From NCBI GenBank assembly GCA_963755915.1, contig CAVWLP010000002.1, positions 4,512,001 to 4,576,000 on the forward strand: a stretch of 64,000 nucleotides of DNA, given 5' to 3'. This document shows positions 1 to 10,929 of the stretch, piece after piece. Numbering within the stretch: the stretch's first letter is position 1; each line of letters opens with the position of its first letter. A program made the translations under genes and the position numbers. The notes beneath the pieces are model-generated. The model saw nothing but the letters and a program-made list of their open reading frames with translations. It ran no database searches and was not told the DNA's origin. The DNA comes from an uncultured Phycisphaerales bacterium. GTDB taxonomy: Bacteria > Planctomycetota > Phycisphaerae > Tepidisphaerales > Tepidisphaeraceae.

Positions 1-808
1 TGAAGCGGAAAGTCATGTCGACGGTGGGATTGACGACGGTGATGTCTAGCTTGTATCGCTCGATAATGGGATGCCAGATGTGGACGCTGGCGCCGCCGAG
101 AGGGTCGGCGCCGATGCGCAGGCCGGAGGAGCGGATGACGTCCATGTCGATGACGGCGGCGAGGTCTTCGACGTAGGGCTGGAGAAGATTCTGGCGATGC
201 GTGGTTGGCGCGGCGAGGGCCCGCTCGAAGGGGATACGTTTGACGCCGGCGTTGTTTTCGCGAAGCAGGGCGTTGGCGCGGTCCTGGACCCATTTGGTGA
301 CGTCTACATCGGCGGGGCCGGCGGTGGGCGGGTTGTATTTGAATCCGCCGTCGCGGGGGGGATTGTGGGAGGGGGTTACCGCGATCCCGTCGGCCAGATT
401 CGTTTTGCGGCCGCGGTTATAGGTGAGGATCGCGTGAGAGAGGACGGGAACGGGTGTGAATTCATCGTCGGCGGCGATGATGGTTTCGACGCCGTTGGCG
501 GCGAGGACTTCGAGGGCCGTGTCGTGGGCGGGGATGTCTACGGCGTGGGAATCCTTGGCGAGGATGAGGGGGCCGGTGATATTTTTGCTGGCGCGGTATT
601 CGCAGATGGCCTGGGAGATGGCGAGGATGTGGGACTCGGTGAAGGAGCCGTCTTCGGGGGTACCGCGATGGCCGCTGGTGCCGAAGGCGACGAGTTGGCG
701 GGGATCGGAGAGATCGGGCTTGCGATCGAAATAGGCGCGGATCAGGGCGTCGCGATCGATGAGCAGACTCGGCGGCGGAAGTTTTCCGGCCAGAGGTGAA
801 ATGGGCAT
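1..808 (-). CDS. pgm: Phosphoglucomutase, alpha-D-glucose-phosphate specific (3' end beyond window; frameshift near 695)
   Basis: Manual minus-strand translation: [12 protein letters not shown]...[31 protein letters not shown] and FRF near the window edge. Not present as one ORF in the track. Confidence 0.9.
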   Translation of the reverse strand, partial: [269 protein letters not shown]

Positions 809-822
809 CGGCGAATTTGCTC

Positions 823-2253
823 CTATGCCTTCGCACCAACGGCGGCGGCGGCAGCCACGGTTTCTGCATCGAGGATTGCGCTGGGCTGATGCCAGCAATC
901 CTGCGGGGCAATGATTCTTTCCGACGAGGGCGGGCCCCACGTTCCCGGTTCGTAGAACTCGACGGGGACGGCGTCGCCGACGACGGGATCGACGATTTTC
1001 CAGGCGGCTTCGACGCCGTCCTGGCGGGCGAAGTAGGCAGTTTCGCCGTTGGCGGCGTCGGAGAGGAGGCGTTCGTAAGGTTCGAGCTCACCGGGGGGTT
1101 GATAGTGGGCGAGAAGCTCGACGTCTTTTCCGGTCATGGCCTGGCCCGGGGATTTCACGCGGGCGCCCGAAGCCGATGATCATTTCCGGACTGAGACGGA
1201 AGCGCATGTAATTGGGGCAGGAGATGCCGGGTTCGCTGAAAACATTTGTGGGGGGCCGGTGGAACTGGACGAGGACTTCGACGGCGGCGGTGGGGAGTTT
1301 TTTGCCCGCGCGGATACAGAACGGGACGCCGGCCCAGCGCCAACTATCGATGTGCAGGCGAACGGCGGCGAAGGTTTCGACGGTGGAGTTGGGGGCGACG
1401 TCTTTGTCCTTTCGGTAGCCGGCGTACTGGCCGCGGACGCAGTCTTCGGGTTTCAGGGGCAGAACGGCGTTGAGGAGCTTGGCGCTGCTCATCGCGGATG
1501 GCTTCGCCGTCGTGGGCGGCCGGGGCCTCGGCGGCGATGCAGGCGACGATTTGAAGCATGTGGTTCTGAATCACATCGCGGATGGCGCCGACTTCCTCAT
1601 AGAGTTTTCCGCGACCTTCCACGCCGATGGACTCGGCCATGGTGATCTGCACGCTGGCGATGTAGTTGCGGTTCCAGATCGGCTCGAGGAAGGCGTTGGC
1701 GAAACGGAAATAGAGCAGGTTCTGGACGGGCTCTTTGCCGAGGTAATGATCGATACGGAAGATAGAATTTTCTGGGAAGAAGCGGTGGAGGGTGTCGCTG
1801 AGCGCGGGCGGAATCGAGATCGCGGCCGAATGGTTTTTCGACGACGATCCGGGCGTTGCGATTCACGTCCGACGAGGCCAACCCCTCAGCTACTTTGCCG
1901 AAGAGGCTGGGGGGAATGGCAAGATAATGGAGGGGGCGCTGGGCGGAGCCGATTGCTTTGTGGAGGGCTTTGAAGGTTTGCGGGTCGCCGTAGTCGCCGT
2001 CGATGTATTGGAGGAGGGAGAAGAGCTTGTCGAAGGCGGCGCGATCGACGCCGCCGTGCTCGGCGAGGCTCTGGCGCATGCGCTCCTTGAAGCGGGCGAG
2101 GTCCCAGCCGGCCTTGGCGACGCCGATGACCGGGACGTTTAACCGCCCGTGCTGAACCATCGATAAAAGCGAAGGGAAGACTTTTTTGTAGGCGAGGTCG
2201 CCGGTCGCGCCGAAGAAGACGAAGGTATCGGAGGTTTGATTTTGGTTTCCCAC
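823..2253 (-). CDS. zwf: Glucose-6-phosphate 1-dehydrogenase (several frameshifts)
   Basis: [40 protein letters not shown] and YERLL...AAWKIVDP are spread over ORFs 1597..2457, 1344..1652, 1088..1492 and 823..1158. Confidence 0.93.
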
Positions 2254-2270
2254 GGTAATTTCCCCTTTAA

Positions 2271-3314
2271 TTATTGTCTGGGTGGAATTTTTCGCGGAGC
2301 GGGATCGACTTCCTTGTGTCCGCCGAACTCGAAGCGCAGGGCCGAGAGAAGTTTCTCGGCAAACGTGTTTTCCCCGCGCGAGCTGAATCGTGCATAGAGG
2401 GCGGCGCTCAGGACGGGCACGGGGACGGCCTCGTCGATGGCTGCCGCCACGGTCCAACGCCCTTCGCCGGAGTCAGCGACATGACCGGAGAAATCTTCGA
2501 GGCTGGGATTCTTGGCCAGCGCGGAGGCGGTGAGGTCCATCAGCCAGCCGCCGATGACGCTGCCGCGGCGCCAGACTTCGGCGATGTCGGAAAGGTTCAT
2601 GTCGTAGCGGTAATATTCGGGATTTCGCAGCGGGGTCGTCTCGGCGTTGATGGCCTGCTCGGTCTTGCCGGCATCCGCGTGGCGAAGCACGTTCAGCCCC
2701 TCGGCATAGGCGGCCATGATGCCGTACTCGATGCCGTTGTGGACCATCTTCACGAAATGTCCGGCGCCGTTCGGGCCGCAGTAGAGATAGCCCTGCTCGG
2801 GGGCGGTGGGAGACCCTTTGGCCCGCTCGGGCGTGCGCGGGGCGGCTTCGATTCCAGGGGCGAGGGAGGCGAAGATAGGTTCCAGATGCTTGGCGATGTC
2901 TGGCTCGCCGCCGATCATGAGGCAGAACCCGCGCTCGAGGCCCCAGACACCGCCGCTGGTGCCGACGTCGACGTAGTGAATTTTCTTCTCGCGGAGCATG
3001 GCGGCGCGGCGGATGTCGTCGTGGTAATAGGAATTGCCGCCGTCAATGAGGATATCGCCGGGTTCGATGAGGGGAAGAAGCTGTGCGATCGCTTTGTCGA
3101 CGATCGCGGCGGGAACCATGAGCCAGATGGCGCGGGGCTTGCTGAGTTTCTTGACGAACTCCGCGAGTTGGGTGGATCCGTCGGCTCCATCTTTGATGAG
3201 GCCTTGAACTGTATCCTGCGAGATGTCGTTGACGACACACTTGTGTCCGCGCTTCATGAGGCGCCGAACCATGGCCGCGCCCATTCGCCCCAGTCCGATC
3301 ATGCCGAGTTGCAT
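2271..3314 (-). CDS. gnd: Decarboxylating 6-phosphogluconate dehydrogenase (short NAD-type)
   Basis: [54 protein letters not shown]. Confidence 0.95.
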   Translation of the reverse strand: MQLGMIGLGRMGAAMVRRLMKRGHKCVVNDISQDTVQGLIKDGADGSTQLAEFVKKLSKPRAIWLMVPAAIVDKAIAQLLPLIEPGDILIDGGNSYYHDDIRRAAMLREKKIHYVDVGTSGGVWGLERGFCLMIGGEPDIAKHLEPIFASLAPGIEAAPRTPERAKGSPTAPEQGYLYCGPNGAGHFVKMVHNGIEYGIMAAYAEGLNVLRHADAGKTEQAINAETTPLRNPEYYRYDMNLSDIAEVWRRGSVIGGWLMDLTASALAKNPSLEDFSGHVADSGEGRWTVAAAIDEAVPVPVLSAALYARFSSRGENTFAEKLLSALRFEFGGHKEVDPAPRKIPPRQ

Positions 3315-3434
3315 GTGATCTCCTTCGTTGATGCGGATTATAGGTATATGCAGTGGAGGGCGAGGGGGAAAGGAAATTTTTTTTTTGAATCGAGTCGCGA
3401 GGCAGGGTGTCCTTTGGTTACGCTTATGGAGTAT

Positions 3435-4132
3435 CTAATCGTTTTTTTCGGCTGCCTCACCAATGCTCGGCGGCTTGATTGACGGCTCCCACATTCGGAA
3501 GCCGCCGAGAAACGCGTTGTCGTTTTCGCCTACGCGGCACTTGGGCGGAATCTTTTTGAGATTGTGAACGTTGCCGCCGCCGAGGACGATATAGTCCGGC
3601 TCGAGCGCTGCGCCAAACGCCACACAACGTCTTCAACGGATTTGCGCCACTTCTTTTTTCCGCGTTTCTTCAGGCCACGCAGGCCGACGTAATCTTCGTA
3701 GGTTTTTTTCCGGTAGGGAAGATGCCCCAGCTCCATTGGCTCAATGACGCCGTCGACGATTAGCGCCGTCCCGAGGCCCGTCCCAAGGCCCAGGAAAAGC
3801 ATTTTGCCGCCATCATAGCTGCCCAGCGCCTGCATGGCGGCGTCGTTGATCATTTTGACCGGCTTGTTGCCGAATGCGGCTGAATAATCGAAGCCCACCC
3901 ACCCATGGGCCAGGTTGTGCGGTTCCGCGACCGGGCGGTTATTCAGCACCGGGCCGGGGTAACCCATCGAGACGACTTCATATTCCCAGTCACCCGCCGC
4001 CTCAACCACGCCGGCGGCCATCTGCTCGGCGGTCATCGAGGGGCCGGAGTCAAACATGCGGTGCTCGCTCTGCCCGGTGGCGAGAATTTTGATGTGAGTC
4101 CCGCCGACGTCGATCACGAGGATGTTTTTCAT
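3435..4132 (-). CDS. ROK-family / polyphosphate glucokinase (frameshift near 3620)
   Basis: VIDVGGTHIK, NDAAMQALG, LGLGTGLG, ELGHLP. The C-terminus DYIVLGGGNV is in a second frame. Confidence 0.85.
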
Positions 4133-4237
4133 CGGATGATGAAATTACACGATATGGCGGGGGATTGGAAATCCCTCTTACCCCCTCGTGGCATTCCGAT
4201 GGCAGTCCGGCAGAAGGCAACGGTTGAGGCATATCCC

Positions 4238-4528
4238 TTATGCCGCAATCCGCGAAACCTTCAGTTTCTTCGATTTCTTCCTCACCTTCCACAAATCGTA
4301 CTGCATCTGCTGATTCAGCCACGATTCCGCCGTCGTATTAAAGGCAATTGACAACCGAATCGCCATCTCCGGACTAACGCCCGACCGCCCATTCAGCAGC
4401 TCCGACAGACTTTTCCGCGTCACGCCCAGCGCCTTCGCGGCCGCGGTTACCGACAGATGCAGCGGCTCCAGGCAAAGCTCCCGGATCACCTCCCCTGGAT
4501 GCGGTGGATTATGCATAACGTGGCTCAT
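4238..4528 (-). CDS. higA: HigA-family addiction module antitoxin (HTH)
   Basis: [11 protein letters not shown]...[25 protein letters not shown]...[23 protein letters not shown]. Confidence 0.92.
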   Translation of the reverse strand: MSHVMHNPPHPGEVIRELCLEPLHLSVTAAAKALGVTRKSLSELLNGRSGVSPEMAIRLSIAFNTTAESWLNQQMQYDLWKVRKKSKKLKVSRIAA

Positions 4529-4538
4529 GATCTGCTCC

Positions 4539-4568
4539 TCAATGATAGTCCAGATAGTCGACTTCAGC
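4539..4568 (-). pseudogene. C-terminal remnant of HigB toxin
   Basis: Reads AEVDYLDYH* immediately before the higA RBS. An in-frame TAG and the ADH stop lie just upstream. Confidence 0.65.
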
Positions 4569-4580
4569 GGACTGCTAAAG

Positions 4581-5581
4581 TCAGCCGATCTGCAACACGC
4601 CAGTCCCCGAAATCCCATCATGCTTGAGCATTTGCAGCCCGCGGTTGGCGTCCTGCAGGGGGAAGACCGTTGTTTTGGGCTTCAGGGGAATTTCGGCGGC
4701 GAGGCGCAGGAGTTCTTCGCCGTCGGTGCGGGTGTTGGCGGTGACGCTGCGAAGCTCTTTTTCGTAGAAGAGATGGCGTTGGTAATTCAATGTGGGAATG
4801 TCGGTAAGATGGATTCCCGCGATCGACAGGGTGCCGCCGCGGTCGAGGGCTTCCAAGGCGGGCAAAACCAAATTGCCCACCGGCGCGAACATCACGGCGC
4901 TGTCGAGCGAACCGGGCGGCTTCGCATCGGCGGAGCCGGCCCAGGTGGCGCCGAATTCCAGGGCCAGTTTGCGGTGCATTTCGTCGCGGGTCATTACAAA
5001 GACGGTGCAGCCAAGATGGCGGGCGATCTGGATGGCGATGCTGGCGGATGAGCCGAAGCCATAGAGGCCGAGCCGGCATCCGGGCTTCATCCGGGCGCGC
5101 TTCAGGGCGCGGTAGCCGATAATCCCGGCGCAGAGGATGGGCGAAATCGTCGCCGGGTCGATCGAAGCGGGCAGATGGTAGGCGAAATTTTCGCTGACCA
5201 CGGCGTACTGTGCGTATCCGCCGTCTTCGTCGTAGCCGGTGAATTTTGCGTTGGGGCAGAGATTTTCCTTTTGTGCTTTGCAATAGCGGCACTGGCCGCA
5301 GGTGTGGCGAAGCCAGGCGATTCCCGCGCGGTCGCCGATTTTGAATTTGCTTACGCCTTCTCCCAGGCGGTCGACTGTTCCGACCACCTGATGTCCGGGA
5401 ATGATGTGCGGCCGATGGGGCGGAAGGTCTCCCTCCACGACGTGGAGATCGGTTCGGCAGAGTGCGCAAACCAAAACGCGAACGCGAATCTCCCCCGCCT
5501 TGGGCTCAGGCGTCGGGACTTCGGCAATTCAAGGGGGGAGGAATCGATCAGCCCGGGCTCTTTGAGCGCCATCGCCTTCAT
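4581..5581 (-). CDS. Zinc-dependent alcohol dehydrogenase (frameshift near 5520)
   Basis: [16 protein letters not shown], structural Zn motif CGQCRYC...[15 protein letters not shown]. Confidence 0.92.
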
Positions 5582-6009
5582 TACAGGGGTGATATCTCAT
5601 CCTGCCGCCATTTTTCAAGAGGAATTACCTTGCGCTGCGGCCCCTCGGTCAGGACGGTCCTGATGGTATCGGCGATGTCGCGCAGTGAGGTCGATCCCTT
5701 GGCCAGGACCGCGCTCACCTGAAGGGACTTTGCCCTGACGGCCAGCGGACCATCGGGAGCGGCGGTGAAGACGACCACGGGAACCGAATGGAGGCGGACA
5801 TAGGAGCGGAGCATCTCGACGAGGTCGGCGCCGTTCATTTCGGGAATGTTCAGGTCGAGCAGGACGAGATCCGGCGTGCGCTCGACGATGTAGGTCATGG
5901 CGGCTCGGCCGTCGGCGGCGCAGTCAACCGTATGACCCTCGCGACCCAGATAAAGAGCCAGGGCCTCGGAAGAATCGGCGTGATCCTCCACGACTAGAAC
6001 ACGCGCCAT
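5581..6009 (-). CDS. Single-domain response regulator (REC)
   Basis: VLVVEDH, PDLVLLDLNIPEMNG, VVVFTA. Confidence 0.9.
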   Translation of the reverse strand: MARVLVVEDHADSSEALALYLGREGHTVDCAADGRAAMTYIVERTPDLVLLDLNIPEMNGADLVEMLRSYVRLHSVPVVVFTAAPDGPLAVRAKSLQVSAVLAKGSTSLRDIADTIRTVLTEGPQRKVIPLEKWRQDEISPL

Positions 6010-6162
6010 TTCCGGATGCTATCGCCCAAGCCGCTGGGCCGATACGCCGAAAATCTCGATTGCACAGAAAAATTTTGCGTCCTCTCCGGCTCAACATCAA
6101 TTACAAACCGCATAAAATTGCAGCACTTCCATTCTGCACGGGCGATTTGAGCAGTTTTTTGC

Positions 6163-6558
6163 TCACTTCGCTACGTTCGAAGCCAGGGCCGCTACGAGCG
6201 CGATGTTGGCCGTCAGTTCCTGAGGCAGATGATGTCGGTCACGCAAATATTCGACCGAATTAAACGAAATCCATGCGTTTCCCTGCTCGTCTTCCCAGAC
6301 GAGAAGCTTGAGGGGCAAGTCGATGGCGATGGTGGGCGCGGCGAGCATCAGGGGCGTGCCAGCCTTGGGGCTGCCGAAGATGAGCAACTTGGTGGGCCGC
6401 ATGGTCATCCCGGCGAGTCCGGCCTCGCCGCTGTGGTCAATCAGGGCGAAGATTTTGACGCCTTTCTCGGCGAGGACCGTCTCCAGCCGCATGACGGTCT
6501 CGCTGACACTGTGGCTGCTGGGGACATTGACGATTCCATTGGCTTCCTGGGAGGGCAT
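6163..6558 (-). CDS. DUF302 domain protein
   Basis: IFALIDHSGEA...LLIFGSPKAGTPLM...IDLPLKLLVWED. Confidence 0.88.
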   Translation of the reverse strand: MPSQEANGIVNVPSSHSVSETVMRLETVLAEKGVKIFALIDHSGEAGLAGMTMRPTKLLIFGSPKAGTPLMLAAPTIAIDLPLKLLVWEDEQGNAWISFNSVEYLRDRHHLPQELTANIALVAALASNVAK

Positions 6559-6684
6559 AGATCTCCTTTCACTGGGATTGGGCGAACAGTTTCATGCAGA
6601 GCATAACCAAATATAGCGTGGCGATGAGGCCGACGCGGTACCCGCAAATTAAAGAACTTTCAGATTTCCCTTGCATCCCCGGAC

Positions 6685-6702
6685 CGTAAGTGTACACTTA
6701 CG
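6685..6702. promoter_or_regulatory. Predicted TetR operator overlapping the tetR -10 box
   Basis: Perfect 18-bp palindrome CGTAAGTGTACACTTACG. TTGCAT (6671) N16 TACACT (6693) precedes the ATG at 6709. Confidence 0.8.
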
Positions 6703-6708
6703 ACCCTC

Positions 6709-7286
6709 ATGGCTAGCGGCGACCTTAAACGAATGCTTCCCCTGGTGGCGCGAGCCTTCGCGGACCTGGGATATCGCCGGGCGACGACGGCCGCCTTGGC
6801 GAAGCGTTGCGGGGTGCGGGAAAACGTGCTCTACCGCGCCTGGCCGGACAAAAAAGCGATGTTCATCGCCTCCATCGACTTTGTCTGGCAGCGGTCGATG
6901 GATATCTGGCAGCGGCTGGTCGAGGAATCAGGAAAAACGGGGGCGGAGGCGGCGACGCTGATTCTCGAATACGAGTCGAAACACCACGGGGAAACGGGGC
7001 TTTACAAAGTTGTGTTCGCCGGCCTGACGGAGCTGGATGATCCGCAGGTTGCGGCCGCCCTGCGGAATATGTACCGCAGCTTTCACGCGTTCATCACCCG
7101 GCAGGTGCTGGCCATGCGGGAGCAACCTTCGGCGCGGATTCGGGAAGCGAGGCTTCCGACGAGATGTGCGCCTGGGGCGTGCTGGGGATCGCCACCGTGG
7201 TCAACATCGACCGCGAGCTGAAGCTTTTCAGCCCCCGCGAACGGGCGCAGCTTTTTACCCGGCTATTACAACTGCTCATCCAATGA
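6709..7286 (+). CDS. TetR/AcrR family transcriptional regulator (frameshift near 7150)
   Basis: N-terminal HTH: FADLGYRRATTAALAKRCGVRENVLYRAWPDKKAMF. The C-terminus continues in another frame to TGA at 7286. Confidence 0.88.
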
Positions 7287-7310
7287 CCTCTTGTTTTTTT
7301 TATATCCTCG

Positions 7311-7326
7311 GTAAGTGAATACTTAC
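7311..7326. promoter_or_regulatory. Second copy of the predicted TetR operator, upstream of the desaturase
   Basis: GTAAGT-GAAT-ACTTAC, same half-sites and spacing as 6686-6701. Confidence 0.78.
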
Positions 7327-7353
7327 GGCCTTTGGGCCGGAAAGGATGCGTCT

Positions 7354-7986
7354 ATGCTCGTTTCACTTCTTTCGTCCGCGGCTTTGATCCTGGCGGGAAA
7401 ATGCCTTCTCAAATTTATCGCCGCGGTTTTGGTCACGGATTTTATCTCGGGGGTTTTTCACTGGTTTGAAGACGCGTATGGCCGGGAGGACTTTCCCTTC
7501 ACCGGCAAATGGATTACGCGATTGAACGTCCTGCACCATCACAACCCGCGGGCCTTCGTCCACAATTCCTGGTGGCAAAGCTCGTGGGACCTGACCCTGG
7601 TGGTGGCGATCGTCGTGCTCGTCGCCTGGGCGATGGGGTGTCTGAGTTGGCCGGTGTGGGTGTTTGCCATCGTCGGGGCAAACGCGAATCAGATTCACAA
7701 GTGGACCCACCGCACGCCGCGCGAGAACGGCAGGATCATCACCGCGCTTCAGCGGCTTCATCTGGTGCAGAGCGTGCGCCATCACGCCCGGCACCATACC
7801 AACCCGAAGGACAGCAATTACTGCGTGATCACGGATTTCCTGAATCCGATCCTCGACGGCCTTCGGGTGTGGGAGGGGATCGAGTTCGTTCTGCTGCACC
7901 TGTTTGGAATGCGGCGGAGGGTTGATCCATCGGCGAAGCGGCCTGAAACGCCGATCGGTGCGGTTCATCAGATCAGCGCACCCTAA
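7354..7986 (+). CDS. CarF/TMEM189/FAD4-family membrane lipid desaturase
   Basis: His boxes DFISGVFHWFED, LHHHNP, NQIHKWTH, HHARHH, plus NYCVIT...NPILD; hydrophobic segments; AAGGA RBS before ATG 7354. Confidence 0.88.
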   Translation: MLVSLLSSAALILAGKCLLKFIAAVLVTDFISGVFHWFEDAYGREDFPFTGKWITRLNVLHHHNPRAFVHNSWWQSSWDLTLVVAIVVLVAWAMGCLSWPVWVFAIVGANANQIHKWTHRTPRENGRIITALQRLHLVQSVRHHARHHTNPKDSNYCVITDFLNPILDGLRVWEGIEFVLLHLFGMRRRVDPSAKRPETPIGAVHQISAP

Positions 7987-8037
7987 GTCGTGTTTCTCGT
8001 TTCTGGGGCATGGGAGTGCGCCACCCGGCCGAATGAA

Positions 8038-8109
8038 AATCTCACGCAGAGGCGCAAGGCGCAGAGAATCTCGGTTTTCCTCTGCGCCTCTGCGCCTCTG
8101 CGTGAGGTT
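8038..8109. repeat. REP-like palindrome, family A (intron-free copy)
   Basis: CTCACGCAGAGGCGCAAGGCGCAGAG...CTCTGCGCCTCTGCGCCTCTGCGTGAG, located between convergent genes. Confidence 0.85.
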
Positions 8110-8139
8110 CTTCAAAGCGGGCATTAGGTGCGGCCTGGT

Positions 8140-10873
8140 TCAGTGAGGCGTGTACCCCGCGATCACGCTTGTAAATTGATATTCGCCTGACCCCACCTCA
8201 AAAACGGCAGCTCCCGCTTCGAATCGTACAAACTTCACCCCCATCGCCTGCGCTGTGGGCTTCCCCCCTTCCGTCACCGATTCCGCATCGCGCGCGGGAA
8301 TATATACCATCGCCGTCGTGTTTGCCGGAACCACAACATGCATCGAAACGCTCCCAGATTTCTGCGCCCACTCACTTACAATCCGACCATAAGCGGAATC
8401 GTAATGCGCCCGCACCCATGCGAGATCGCCCAGCATCGCCGGCTTGATGATTAATTTCCTGAAGCCCGGCGCATCCGGGTCAGGCCGAATCCCCGCCAAG
8501 CCCTGGTAAAACCAACTGTCCAGCGAATTGAAGCAGGCGTGAATAAACGACGCTCCGCCGTCCCATTGCTCCGGCCACGTCGTGTCCCCTTGCTCCAGGC
8601 AATATCCCCAGCCAGGGTAACTTTTGTTGTGGACGATCGTCCACAAGAGATCGTCACGGCCGATGTCCTGGAGGTAATGAATGAGAAAATACGTGCCAGT
8701 GAGGCCGGTATCGAGATGGGCGCCGCGGGCGGCGATGCTCTGAAACAGGGTCTGCTGCACCGCAACCCGCAACTTTTCCGGCGTCACGCCCGCGACCAGC
8801 GGCATCACCAGGTACGCCTGTTTGTCGTTCAAATAACAGTTTCTCTTCGGATCGAAATAGTTTTCCTGGATTCGCGATCGCAGTGCATCGGCCTGGGCCG
8901 AAAATTCCGATGCGTCCGCCGTTCGATTCAGCCCCTTTGCCATCCAGCCAAGCTGATCGAGCAGATAGACGAGATAGCAGTTGTTAAAAAACTCAGCCTC
9001 CCGGGGTGAGGGGAAGCCCCAGAGTCCCCTGGCGTTTAACGGTCCGGGCGGAAGCCAGTCTCCCAGGCTATCTATTCCGTTCTTGGCAAAGGCGCGCAGC
9101 AGTCCATCGCTTTCATGGGACTGAAGCATCTGCACATAGCGCCGGCAGGCCAAATAATTTTCGCTGATCGCGGCGCGATCTCCGTAATAGAGATTCAGCC
9201 GCCAAGCCAGCTCCTGAAGCGCCGCGCCCCACGGCGGCCCGCCGCCCCCTTCGCCCTGCGGGGCGGTGTGCGGGATAAATCCAGTCGTCGGGTCCTGCAC
9301 GTCGCGCCAATCGGCGATCCACTTTTCGTAAAACCCGGGCATCTGGAAATTCATGATGCAACTGTCGATGGAGACCTGCCCATCGCCGCCGTAACCCAAT
9401 CGCTCCCGGTGCGGACAATCGGACATGTATCCCCCCTGGCTCAGGCAGTGCATCGTCCGCAGATCGACCTGGTGCATGCGATTGATGAGCGGGTCCGAGC
9501 ATTCAAATTCCCCCGCCTCATCCCAGGCCGCTCCTATGGCCAGCGCGGTTGCATCGCCGGGGCTGGGTGGCGAAGGCAGACCCTCCACCGTGGCGTATCT
9601 AAATCCGTGGTAGTTGAATTTGTTGGTGAACACATCTCCGTCGTCGCCGGACGAGATCAGCAAGTCGCGCTGATTGAAGACTTCATCGTCCTGGGCGCTA
9701 ACGGCTCGGTCGGAGTAATGGATGGTCACGACATGACCCGCCGGGAGGCGCGGAAGTTTCAGGCTCAGAAATCCGGTGAGATTCTCGCCGAAGTCGAAGG
9801 CGTAAAGGCCGCCACCAAGGTCTGAGCACGAAACGGCGGGAATGGTTTTGATGATCTCATCGGGCGGACCGCGCTGGGCATCGGCTTCGACCGGCGGGCT
9901 GGCGACTTCCTTTGCCGCTGCCCAATCTGCATCGGAGAAATCCGGATCGCACCATTTGGGTTGGAGTGCGCGGGGAATGACAAGTTCGCCGCCAAACTGG
10001 GCAACGCTCCAGCTTCCGAGGATCGCGCGACCGCTGGCAGCGCATCGCCAGCTCGAATCGGTGCCAATCGTGATCGGTTTGCCGTCGACGCTGAGATCAA
10101 GCTGCAACCGCGCGATCGGCCCGTCATTCACAACCCCGCGGCGCCCCGGCCAATACCAGCCGCGGCTGAGCCAGAGGCCGATGCAATTCGGGCCTCTATG
10201 CAAATAATTTTTGACGTTATAGGTTAGGTAGAGCGAGCGCTTGGAATAATCGGTCACGCCGGGGCTGATGACATCCGCGCCAACTTTTTGCCCATTCACA
10301 TAAAGTTCGTACCACCCCATGACATTCACGCGCGCGATGGCCGAATCCAGGTCGCCGTCGAGATCAAAATCCCGCCGAATCTGAGGCTCGTTGCAGAACC
10401 CCGGGGGACTTGCGGGCAAATTCGCCATGATCCATCGGGCGTGCCAATCCGCGGGCTCTAGGAGCCCCATCTGCCAGACGGCCGGCGCGCTCCAATCAGA
10501 GACGTTCCCCTTCTGATCCCAGATGCGCACCCTCCATTGGTACGTCTGTGCCGAAACCAGCGGCTCGCCGCCATATTCCACGTTCACCGAGTCATCCGAC
10601 CGCACTTGTCGGCTGTCCCAGACGATTTTGTCGCCCCGGCTCACCTGGATTTGATACGCCGACTGAATCTCGCCCCGGGAATCCGACTCGATGGTCCAGC
10701 TTAGCCGCGGCCTGGGTGCATCGATCACCGGGGTTCCCGCAAGATATTCACAGCGCAGCCCCCCTACCTTCAGCGCTGCGCAGTACCGCCGGGGAGGCGA
10801 TGGCAACGAGCATGGCAAGAAGTAATTTAACGATTTCCCTGTCGTAGCCGCGGGGAGATTTCATCTCCTTCAT
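8140..10873 (-). CDS. Alpha-L-rhamnosidase, GH78 (frameshift near the signal peptide)
   Basis: LRCEY...PRLSW, DFGENLTG, FNYHGFRY, SDCPHRERLGYGGD, TTWPEQW, SAYGRIVSEW. Confidence 0.9.
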
Positions 10874-10929
10874 CACTTTGGTTATACCACTACGGCGGTG
10901 CGTCAGGACATCATCGCCCGCAAGGAGTT

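Noticed and set aside
7315-7353. GTG start for the desaturase given by the ORF track
   Set aside because: It lies within the predicted operator; ATG 7354 has an AAGGA RBS.
8038-8109. Palindromic repeats as a CRISPR array or integron attC sites
   Set aside because: There is no repeat-spacer periodicity, no cas or integrase gene, and no RYYYAAC...GTTRRRY ends.
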